Source of the DNA: Myxococcota bacterium
Lineage (GTDB): Bacteria > Myxococcota > JACRCW01
Assembly (NCBI GenBank): GCA_040752415.1
Contig: JBFMGU010000087.1
Span: 1-38,494, forward strand
Length of the DNA: 38,494 nt
Reading direction: 5' to 3'
In this document: piece after piece, positions 25,636-34,800 of the stretch
How positions within the stretch are numbered: the first letter of the stretch is position 1
Layout of the letters: every line of letters starts with the position of its first letter
Position numbers and translations under genes: made by a program
The notes under the pieces: model-generated
The model's input: only the letters and a program-made list of their open reading frames with translations
The model's database searches: none
Told to the model about the DNA's origin: nothing

Positions 25636-25904
25636 GCTCGCGCCAAGGCGTCACGGGTCCGCGCGGCGCGAGCCCTGGAGTGCGTGTGCAAGCGCCCATT
25701 CCGTGTTCGCAGCGCCGTGGGGGCGCGCAGCACCGCCCTGGCTCAGGGCGACGCCGGTGCTGCCCAGCCGACGTGGGCCCGTGATGAACGGATCACCCGA
25801 ACCAGGGCGGTGCTGCGCGCCCCCACTGCGCTGCGAACACAGATTGGGCGCTTGCACACGCACTCCAGGGCTCGCGCCGCCGACTCGTGACGCCTTGCGC
25901 GAGC
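25636..25904. repeat. Long REP doublet / MITE-like inverted repeat
   Basis: 79-bp arms at 25663-25741 and 25802-25880 with 3 mismatches, extending imperfectly to about 25636 and 25904. Each arm reads CCCTGGAGTGCG...GCACCGCCCTGG. Confidence 0.9.
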
Positions 25905-25989
25905 AGGCCCTCGTGACCGGGTCCCCGGTGCATGCCTGGTGGTGACGTTGCCGGTGAACATCGTCAAGGCCTGACCGTCGCCACCGCGC

Positions 25990-27879
25990 TCACGGCAGGA
26001 ACTGCGTGAACAACACGTCGGATTGCCCGTTGGCGTAGTCAATGCTCCACGCCGCCACCGGGAAGCGCCGGCCGTCCGGCAGCGTGTGCACGTCGACCAC
26101 GAGCGCGCGCGTGAAATCCTCCACGCCCAGCGGCGGACTCACGGCGCGTTGCAGCCGCCACGTCCGCGTTGCGTCCTGCCAGGCCACGTAGTTGTACGCG
26201 CCGCCCTGCAGGATCACGGGGTTGGCTCCGCCGGCCACCGTGGCCGGATAGGCGCCAAAGACGCCGAGAAGCGGCCCCACCTCGTCCTGGATGTCCGTGA
26301 GGGTGACCTGCGTCAGCCGTTCCGTGGGCGGTGCCGCGGGGTTGTAGACCGCGTGCAGGAAGGTGTTGCGCAGCTCGTTCTCCTCGCACATGGAGGTGAG
26401 GTGGACCATGCCGCTCGCGTCGACGACGGTGGCGAACAGCTCGCTGGGAGCGCACGGGCTGGCAACGCTGGACGACTGCACCGTGGTGTCGTCGACGAGG
26501 GCCAGCGCGCGCAGCTGTCCGCCCGCGGTGTCAAACACCGTGAGCGTTCCCTGCGCGTACACCGCGGCGCCGGGAGAGGCGTTGTCGTTCGCCACGTTTC
26601 GTCGACGGTAGGCGCCGCTGACCGGGTCGCGCTCATACACGGTGAGGGTCGCGGGATGGTCCTCGCCCATCGCCGCCACGAAGGCCACGTGGCCCGTGTC
26701 GCGCGCGGCGAGGTCGAACCAGATGATGGTGGGCACCTCCTCGGGCTTGAACCCCGCCGCCACCATGTCCGTGGCGCCCACCGAGCCATCCGGTCCCACC
26801 CACGTCCCGCTCAATCCACAGGGCATGAAGCCTCGCGGGTCGCGACAGGTGGGCGCGGTGGTGGCGGCGGGATCATCAAAGTTGCGACGTCGTTCCAGGA
26901 AGCCCACCAACGTCCACGAGCCCACCGTCACCACGCGCCCGTAGTCGAACGGCAGCACATCCCGCGCCAGCACCGCGCGCGTCCATCCCTCCGTGCCCTT
27001 GCGCGTGACGACGACCCGGTCCCCCGTCAATCCCTCCAGCCGATCCACCAGCAGCATCACCGGCACACCGGAGGCATCCTGCGTCACGTCGTGCACGCGG
27101 CGGACGCCCGGCAGCAGGCGCTCCTCGGTGGGGATCACGGAAACCTGCTCGGTGCGGAGGCAGACATCCGCCATGCAATCCCCCGCGGCGCACCCGGTGG
27201 CCTCGGTGCACGCGCTCCCCGGCGCGGAGCGACACGTGCGCAGCGAGTCACAGGCCTGACCCGGTGCGCAGGTGCCTTGCGGGTCGGTGCCCGGGAGCGC
27301 CGGCAGGCAGAAGCCGCCAAAACACGCCAGGCACGCCTCCGCGGCGCAGTCTCCGTCGGGGTCGGTGTTGTCCGGGACCAGCGTGCACACGCCCGCGCTC
27401 CCCGGCGCGTTGCACGTGCGACACGTCCCGCAGCGCTCATTGCAGCACACGCCGTCGACACAGGCACCACTCTGGCACTCCGCGTCGCTGGCGCAGGGAT
27501 CCCCCAGCTCACGCGTGGTGCACAGGCCGGGTGCGCGCGGCAGGGTGCAGGACTCCGTCCCGTCGCAGGCGCGGTCGCAGCACATCCGCTCACGGCACAC
27601 CCCGCTCGGACAGTTCACGTCGCGCGCGCAGCGGTCACCAGGACGACGGTCCAGGCACGTCCCCTCGAACCCGTCCAGCGCACAGGACTGCTCCACGCCG
27701 CACTCGGTGCGACAGCAGACCCGGTTCTTGCAGAACCCGGTGCCGCACTCGTCGTCGGCGCGACACGCTTCCCCCACGTTGCGCGACCCCGGAATCAACG
27801 ACGTGGAGGTCACCAGGCGCGGACAGCCCAGCAGCGTGCCCATCACGGCCGCCAGCGTCAGCATCACGCGGAGCTCCAT
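25990..27879 (-). CDS. Cys-rich lipoprotein with repeated CxxDxxCxxGxCxxxxCC modules and a C-terminal beta-rich domain
   Basis: Lipobox LLGC; CRADDECGTGFCKNRVCC, CARDVNCPSGVCRERMCC, CASDAECQSGACVDGVCC. Confidence 0.75.
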   Translation of the reverse strand: MELRVMLTLAAVMGTLLGCPRLVTSTSLIPGSRNVGEACRADDECGTGFCKNRVCCRTECGVEQSCALDGFEGTCLDRRPGDRCARDVNCPSGVCRERMCCDRACDGTESCTLPRAPGLCTTRELGDPCASDAECQSGACVDGVCCNERCGTCRTCNAPGSAGVCTLVPDNTDPDGDCAAEACLACFGGFCLPALPGTDPQGTCAPGQACDSLRTCRSAPGSACTEATGCAAGDCMADVCLRTEQVSVIPTEERLLPGVRRVHDVTQDASGVPVMLLVDRLEGLTGDRVVVTRKGTEGWTRAVLARDVLPFDYGRVVTVGSWTLVGFLERRRNFDDPAATTAPTCRDPRGFMPCGLSGTWVGPDGSVGATDMVAAGFKPEEVPTIIWFDLAARDTGHVAFVAAMGEDHPATLTVYERDPVSGAYRRRNVANDNASPGAAVYAQGTLTVFDTAGGQLRALALVDDTTVQSSSVASPCAPSELFATVVDASGMVHLTSMCEENELRNTFLHAVYNPAAPPTERLTQVTLTDIQDEVGPLLGVFGAYPATVAGGANPVILQGGAYNYVAWQDATRTWRLQRAVSPPLGVEDFTRALVVDVHTLPDGRRFPVAAWSIDYANGQSDVLFTQFLP

Positions 27880-27949
27880 GGGCACCGTTCCTAGACGCTG
27901 CGTAGGGCCCCGGCAACCGTCATCCGTCGCCAAACGCGGGGGTGATCCC

Positions 27950-29770
27950 TCAGAACGCGTCCTCGGAGATTTCCATGAGGTCCAGCCGGCTCTCCTCGAT
28001 GAGGCGCCGCGAGAGCCCGATGCCCGGCAGCACCTCCCGCGCGAAGAAGCGCGCCGAGGCGATCTTCCCGTCGTAGAAGGCGCGGTCGGCCTCCGGCGCC
28101 TCGCTGCGACGACGCAGGGCCAACGCCGCGTGCCGCGCCAGGAGCCATCCCAGCACCAGCTCCGCCAGCGCGGAGAGGATGCGGTTGCCGTGCAGGCCCA
28201 CGTGGTGCACCGACTCACCCACCTTGCCCAGCATGGCCATGAAGATCGCCTCCACGTTCTGCAGCGCCTCGGTGAGCGCGGTGTGCTCCTCCTTCAGCGC
28301 CTCCCCGGAAAGCTCACCCTCCAGGCTCTCGCGGATCTGGCCCAGCAGGCCCTGCAGCGTCTGCCCGCCGTCGCGCGCGATCTTGCGGAAGAACAGGTCC
28401 TGCGCCTGGATGTGCGTGGTGCCCTCGTAGAGGGAGTCGATCTTCTGGTCGCGCACGAACTGCTCGACGGGGAAGTCCTGGATGTACCCCGAGCCGCCAA
28501 AACACTGCATGGAGAGCGAGAGCAGCTCGTAGGCCTTCTCGGAGCAGTAGCCCTTCACCAGCGGCAGCATGAGGTCATTGAGCGCATCCAGCGCCCGCGC
28601 CTCCGAGGAGCCGTGCCCGCCCGCCAGCTCCACGCGGTCCTGCAGGTGCGCGGTCCACAGGCACATCGCGCGCATGCCCTCGGCGTGGGCCTTCTGCATC
28701 ATGAGCATGCGACGCACGTCGGCGTGGTTGATGATGGTCACCCGCGGGGCAGCCTTGTCGGCGGCGCGCGTGAGGTCGGTGCCCTGCTTGCGGTCCTTGG
28801 CGTAGGCCAACGCGTTGAAATACGCGGCGGAGAGCGTGCCCATGGACTTCACCCCCATGGCCATGCGCGCGTACTCGATGACCTTGAACATCTGGCGGAT
28901 GCCGTCGTGCACGTTCCCCACGAGATAGCCGCGGCACGGACCGTTCTCCCCGTAGGTCATCTCGCAGGTGGCCGAGCCCTTCAGCCCCATCTTCTTCTCG
29001 AGCTTGGTGCAGCGGATGTTGTTGCGCTCGCCCAGCGTCCCGTCGTCATTCACCCAGAGCTTGGGGACGATGAACATGGACAGGCCCTTGGTGCCGGGCC
29101 CCGCTCCCTCGGGACGCGCCAGCACCAGGTGGATCACGTTCTCCACCGCGTCGAAGTCACCGTTGGTGATGAAACGCTTGACGCCGCTGATCTCCCAGAG
29201 GTCGTCCTTGACCTGGCGGGCCTTGGTGCGCGCGGCGCCCACGTCGCTGCCGGCGTCCGGCTCGGTGAGCACCATGGCCGCGCCCCAGTGACGCTCCACC
29301 ATCGGCTTCACGAAGCGCGCCTTCTGCTCGGCGGTGCCCAGGGCGTCGATGACGCGCGCCACGTGGGTGCCGAGGAGGTAGAGCAGCGCGGAAGCGTGCG
29401 CGCCGGCCAGCATCTCGAAAGCGGACCACACCACCGTGGGCGGCGCGCCGTAGCCACCCAGGTGCGTGGGCAGCTCCAGGCCGGACCAACCCGCATCCCA
29501 GTACGCCTTCAACGACGCCTTGAGTCCCTCGGGCAGCACGGCCTGGCCGGAGGCATCCAGCTGCGGCGGGTGACGGTCCGTCTCCACGAAGCTGCGGCCC
29601 CACTCATCGAGCGCCAGCCGCTCAATGGCCTTCAACGCCTCCCGCGCGCTCTCCACGTCCATGGACTCGAAGCGGCCCTTGCCCAGCGCGTGCGCGCCGA
29701 TGTCCAGGAACTCGAAGAGGTTGAAGGAGATGTCGCGGAGATTGGACTTGTAGTGCTGGGCAGTGGTCAC
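27950..29770 (-). CDS. Acyl-CoA dehydrogenase (long FadE5-like type)
   Basis: HYKSNLRD, MVLTEPDAGSDVG, GVKRFITNGD, GTKGLSMFIVPK, EKKMGLKGSAT, YAKDRKQG, FGGSGY, IDSLYEGTT. Confidence 0.95.
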   Translation of the reverse strand: MTTAQHYKSNLRDISFNLFEFLDIGAHALGKGRFESMDVESAREALKAIERLALDEWGRSFVETDRHPPQLDASGQAVLPEGLKASLKAYWDAGWSGLELPTHLGGYGAPPTVVWSAFEMLAGAHASALLYLLGTHVARVIDALGTAEQKARFVKPMVERHWGAAMVLTEPDAGSDVGAARTKARQVKDDLWEISGVKRFITNGDFDAVENVIHLVLARPEGAGPGTKGLSMFIVPKLWVNDDGTLGERNNIRCTKLEKKMGLKGSATCEMTYGENGPCRGYLVGNVHDGIRQMFKVIEYARMAMGVKSMGTLSAAYFNALAYAKDRKQGTDLTRAADKAAPRVTIINHADVRRMLMMQKAHAEGMRAMCLWTAHLQDRVELAGGHGSSEARALDALNDLMLPLVKGYCSEKAYELLSLSMQCFGGSGYIQDFPVEQFVRDQKIDSLYEGTTHIQAQDLFFRKIARDGGQTLQGLLGQIRESLEGELSGEALKEEHTALTEALQNVEAIFMAMLGKVGESVHHVGLHGNRILSALAELVLGWLLARHAALALRRRSEAPEADRAFYDGKIASARFFAREVLPGIGLSRRLIEESRLDLMEISEDAF

Positions 29771-29927
29771 CGAATCACCTCGAGAACGGAAGTTGCGCGG
29801 CCTCCTTACCGGATCCCCGCTCCGACGTCACCGCGCCTCACGTCACCGCCCACGCCTCCGCTGGGGCCGCAGAACGTGCGTCGTGGGGGATTCCCCGGTC
29901 CGTCCCCTGACCGACGCGCCGCCCGAC

Positions 29928-31601
29928 TCAGCTCCGTCGTCGCAGGTGACTCCGAAAGAGCGCCACCGCGCCCAGGACCGCCAACACCATCAGCGGGCCG
30001 GTGAGCAGCATGAAGGAGGTGCGCTGCTGCACGGCGTGCGCCTCGCGCATGCGCTCGTCCTCGTCGCGGATGCGGGCGAGATGTCCCAACACCTCCGCGT
30101 AGCCGTACCACCAGCCGTAATCCGGGCTCATGTGGAAGGCGCCCTTGTAGCTCTTGAGCGCGGAGAAGAAGAACATGTCGAAGTACTCCCGTTCGATGCC
30201 GGTGACGTCGTAGTAGATGCTGGAGGGCGAGTGCTGGGCCAGCCCGCCGGGCAGCTCGATGGCCGAGTAGCGTGGCCCCGGCAGCAGGCCTGCCGCCGTC
30301 TGGGCGTGGCTGGGACGGATGAGCCCGTCCCGGTAGAGCGCGGCCAGGATCCCCCGCGCCTGCACCACCAGCGCATCCCCCGCCAGCTTGTGCGCGTCCG
30401 CCGTCTCCAGGTAGCCGCGCGCCTTGTCTTCGCTGTGGCAGGTGAGGCAGACCTTCACCATCTCGCGTCGACGCGCCTCGTTCTCCGTCGACACCGAGAT
30501 GTCGGTGAGCTCCCCGGCGGCCGCCTGCACGCCCATGCCCCAGATGATCTTGCGACGCATGTCGTGGCTGGAATGGCGCTTTCCGTCGTCATCCACGTAG
30601 AGCATGTGGCAATAGGCGCAGGTGGGCGCGTCCCACGTGGCCTGCGCCAGCGGCGAGCTGAAGTCCCAGGTGGCACCGCGCGCGGCGTAGATGGAGCCGT
30701 GCTTGGAGGACATGTAGGCCTCGTAGTTGGGGTGGTCCGGGCCCATGTGACAGGTGAAACACGCCTCGGGCTTGCGCGCCTCCTCCAGCGAGAACGCGTG
30801 GCGGGTGTGGCAGGCAATGCAGCCGTTGCGGTATGGGAGGCTGCTTCCGTCGACGTAACGCCGTTCCTGCCTGCTCCAGTATTTCTCGTCGGTGGCGCCA
30901 GCTTGCGCGTGGCACGCGTCGCAGCCGGTCTCCATCACCTTGCGCGGCATCTGCTGGTAGTGCGGCACGCCGATGTTCCGCTCCCAGTTGATCCCCAGGC
31001 CGCCCGGACCCGGACCGTAGGAGTGTCCCGCGTTGACCACGTGGTCCTGGTAGATCTGCGCGTGGCACGTGGCGCACACCGCCTCCGGTACGCGGCCGCG
31101 CTCGACCATGATGTCGTCGTGGTTGGTGCCATGGCAGTCCGCGCAGGTGAGCTGGGAGCGGTGGAACTCCACGCGGGGATTCTGGACTCCCGCCGCACCC
31201 ATGGCGCTGGTGGCGAACTGCCGCGCCACGCCGGGAGTGACCTCGAGATGGCAGCCCTGGCAGGTGGCGGGGTCCAGCACGCCGCTGGGCAGTTGCGCGC
31301 GCAGGCGCGGCGGCCGCGGAGGCAGGGTCTGCACATAGTCGTAGATCGCGCGCGCTTCGTCCGCGCTTACCACGCGCTCCGGGAACGGCGGCATCAGCGC
31401 GCGGGGGGAGCGCACCTGGTTGAGGAACGCGTCGAACGACAAGGACGTGCGGATCAACGTGGGCCCCACGCCGCCGCGCCCACTGGCGCCGTGGCAGCCG
31501 AGGCATCCCTTCTCCACGAACAGCCGCTCCCCCCGCGGCGTCTCGGCGAGGAGCGTGGATGGCAACAGGAGCGCCAGCAGCGCAACGCACCGACCGCCCA
31601 T
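29928..31601 (-). CDS. Nine-heme HAO-family cytochrome c (class I cytochrome c domain + octaheme core + C-terminal TM helix)
   Basis: Nine CxxCH motifs (CLGCH, CQGCH, CADCH, CATCH, CDACH, CIACH, CFTCH, CAYCH, CLTCH); HTRHAFSLEEARKPE, HMGPDHPNYEAYMSSKHG, APTCAYCH, GAFHMSPDY; Sec-like signal peptide. Confidence 0.88.
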   Translation of the reverse strand: MGGRCVALLALLLPSTLLAETPRGERLFVEKGCLGCHGASGRGGVGPTLIRTSLSFDAFLNQVRSPRALMPPFPERVVSADEARAIYDYVQTLPPRPPRLRAQLPSGVLDPATCQGCHLEVTPGVARQFATSAMGAAGVQNPRVEFHRSQLTCADCHGTNHDDIMVERGRVPEAVCATCHAQIYQDHVVNAGHSYGPGPGGLGINWERNIGVPHYQQMPRKVMETGCDACHAQAGATDEKYWSRQERRYVDGSSLPYRNGCIACHTRHAFSLEEARKPEACFTCHMGPDHPNYEAYMSSKHGSIYAARGATWDFSSPLAQATWDAPTCAYCHMLYVDDDGKRHSSHDMRRKIIWGMGVQAAAGELTDISVSTENEARRREMVKVCLTCHSEDKARGYLETADAHKLAGDALVVQARGILAALYRDGLIRPSHAQTAAGLLPGPRYSAIELPGGLAQHSPSSIYYDVTGIEREYFDMFFFSALKSYKGAFHMSPDYGWWYGYAEVLGHLARIRDEDERMREAHAVQQRTSFMLLTGPLMVLAVLGAVALFRSHLRRRS

Positions 31602-31880
31602 GCCCCCTCCCCCGACGGGACGATTCCGAGCGCACGGCCAACGCCCCGCCTGCAGGCGGCTATTCCGAACAGACCGGCCACGCGACCGGGTCCGACCGAT
31701 GGGAGTGCGCACCACCTCCCGTTGCCAAACCCCTGATCTTCCGAACACTTGGGGCCGCGGACCGCCGATGGTGCGCAGATGTCCCACCCTGGGATCCGCG
31801 CGCCTCCGCCCGTTTCTGGATCTCTGCCGTGGCGCGTCCCATACTTTTGCACCGCTCCTTCTCCGGTGTCGTCGACGCAC

Positions 31881-34800
31881 ATGAGCTCCCCTCGATCGAG
31901 GTTGGTGTTTGGCGCTGCTGGCGTCTGGCTGGCGCTGGTGGCGTGCACGGCATCCACGCCCACCACCCAGCTCGGCGAGGCGTATGACCTGGCGCCGGAC
32001 GCGGGGCTCGTCGAGGAAACCAGCTCCAGCACGGGAAGCTCCGGGTGGTCCACGTCCATCAGCGTGACCGCGTCGTCGTCCTCGGGATCCAGCTCGGGCC
32101 TGGTGTCCTCGTCGTCCAGCGGGAGCAGCAGCGGCACGGGGTCCACCAGCAGCGGGTCCACCAGTCTCTCGACCTCCAGCGGGTCCTCGTCATCGGGGCT
32201 CTCCTCCAGCAGCTCCGGCGCGGTGTCCTCGTCGGCCAGCTCGTCCTCCTCCAGCGGGTCCAGCAGCGGCATCAGCTCGTCGGCCTCGGCGTCGTCCAGC
32301 AGCGGCGCCGCTTCGTCCTCGTCCAGCGGATTCGTGAGCAGCTCCGCGTCGTCATCGTCCAGCAGCGGCGCCGTCTCCTCCTCGGCGAGCGCTTCGTCGT
32401 CCTCGAGCAGCGGTGCGGTCTCGTCGTCCAGTGCTGCGTCCTCCTCCAGCAGTGGCGCGGCGTCGTCCTCCAGCGCCTCGTCGTCCTCCAGCAGCGGAGC
32501 AGCCTCGTCGTCCGCCTCGTCGTCCTCCAGCAGCGGAGCGGCCTCGTCGTCCTCCTCGAGCAGCGGGGCGGTGTCCTCCTCCAGCGCTTCCTCGTCGTCT
32601 TCCAGCGGAGCGGCGTCCTCCTCGTCCAGCGGGTTCGTGAGCAGCTCCGCGGCGTCCTCGTCCAGCAGTGGTGGCGTTTCGTCCTCCGCTGCCTCTTCGT
32701 CGTCATCATCGAGCAGCGGCGCACTCTCCTCGTCGTCCTCCTCCAGCGGCGCGGCGTCGTCGTCTTCGTCCTCCAGTGGCGCGGCCTCGTCTTCCTCCTC
32801 CTCGAGCGGCGCGGCGTCATCGTCTTCCTCGAGCAGCGGGGCCGTTTCGTCGTCCTCTTCCAGCAGCGGCGCGGCTTCTTCCTCCTCCTCCTCGTCGTCG
32901 AGCAGCGGCGCGGTATCCAGCAGCTCCTCCAGCAGTGGCGGCGGGCGGGTGTGCGGCAACGGCCGCCTGGAGACGGGCGAGGAATGTGACGACGGCAACC
33001 TCGTGGGCGGCGACGGGTGCTCCGCCGAGTGCAAGCGTGAGGGTGACTGCGGCAATGGCGTGGTGGACCAGAGCGCGCCGGTGGCCCTGGAGTTCAACTG
33101 GGTGGCCAGCAACTGCAGCGGCGGCGCCGACCAGATCTTCTTCTACATCAACGGCTCGCTGGCCCTGAGCACCGTCGGAGACAACGGCACCTGCACCTGC
33201 ACGCCCGGCGTGGGCAACTCGGTGGTCACCGACCCCGCGGTGATGGCGCTCATCCTCAACGGCAACAACACCTTCGAGCTGGACTACATGGAGCCCAACA
33301 ACTTCCTGGCCTGGGCCACCCTCACCATCCACACCGACGACGGACGCAGCCAGGAGATCGTCCTCTTTGACCAGGGTGGCGGCGGCGACGCGGAAGCGCG
33401 CAACCCCGACCTGTGCGCCGCCGGCTTCCTGCAGAACCCGCCGGTCCAGAGCGCCGACGCGTTCATCCAGGTGGCCGAGCTGTGCGACGACGGCAACGCC
33501 ACCAACGGCGACGGCTGCGACAACAACTGCACGGCCACCTCCTGCGGCAACGGCATCGTCAGCAGCGGGGAGGGTTGTGACGACGGGAACACGGTGGCCG
33601 GCGACGGGTGCAGCGCCACCTGCACGCGGGAAGCGGCGTGCGGGAACGGCGTTGCCGAGGCCACCCCGGTGGTGGCGTTGGAGTTCGCCTGGCTGGCCAC
33701 CAACTTCGCGTGCACGCCGTCCAACATCCGCTTCCGCGTCAACGGCACCCTGGCCCTCACCACCACCGGCGACGAGGGCACCTGCAGCTGCACCCCCGGG
33801 TCCGGCACCGCCACCGTCACCGACCCGGCCATCCTCAGCCGCGTCACCAACGGCAGCAACAGCTTCTCCGTCACGTTCACCGGCACCAACAACGCGCTGG
33901 CCTGGGCCACCGTGGTGATCCGCAAGCTCGGCGGCACGCGCCAGGAGGTGGTGATCTTCGACGAGGGCGGCGGCGGCGACGCGGAGGCCCGCCGGGAGGA
34001 CCTGTGCACCGCGGGCTTCCTGCAGAATCCACCGCAGCAGTCCGCCAACGCCACCGTCTCGCTCTCCGAGCAGTGCGACGACGGCAACACGGTCAACGGC
34101 GACGGCTGCGACAACAACTGCACGGTCAGCGCCTGCGGCAACGGCCAGCAGGGCGGCAGCGAGCAGTGCGACGACGGCAACACGGTCAATGGCGACGGCT
34201 GCGACAACAACTGCACCACCAGCGCGTGTGGCAACGGCATCATCGCCGGCACCGAGCAGTGCGAGGACCTGAACACCGTCAACGGCGACGGCTGCGACAA
34301 CAACTGCACGTTCACCGCCTGCGGCAACGGGATTGTCACCAGCGGAGAGGCCTGCGACGACGGCAACACCGTCCCCGGCGACGGCTGCTCGGGCACGTGC
34401 ACGCAGGAGGTGGTGTGTGGCAACGGCACCGCGGAGCCCACGCCGGTGGTGGCGCTGGAGTTCAACTGGCTGGCCACCAACTGCGCCGGCGCCGCCACGA
34501 CGATCCGCTTCCGCGTCAACGGCTCCCTCGCCGCCAGCACCACCGGGGACACCGGCACGTGCAGCTGCACGCCGGGCATCCGCACCGTCACCGTCACCGA
34601 CCCGGCCGTCCTGGCGCGCGTGGTGGAGGGCAACAACACCTTCAGTGTGAACTTCCAGGGCACCAACAACATGCTGGCGTGGGCCACCGCGGTGGTCCGC
34701 ATGTCGGGCCGCAGCCAGACGGTGGTGATCTTCGACGAGGGTGGCGGCGGTGACGCGGAGCGTCGCAGCACCGACCTGTGCGCCGCCGGTGCGCTGCAGA

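Noticed and set aside
29825..29849. Direct repeat ACGTCACCGC x2 upstream of the acyl-CoA dehydrogenase
   Set aside because: It is a short GC-rich word that also occurs elsewhere (36751), so it cannot be distinguished from chance.
29928..31601. Interpreting the HAO-like gene as evidence for ammonia oxidation or anammox
   Set aside because: There are no amo, cycA/cycB or hzs genes here, and the cross-link Tyr is doubtful. HAO-like proteins are widespread in non-nitrifiers.
31454..33112. 552-aa extremely acidic minus-strand ORF (PLLEEDDE repeats)
   Set aside because: It is the antisense shadow of the Ser-rich stalk (TCC/TCG/AGC codons read backwards) and overlaps two well-supported genes.
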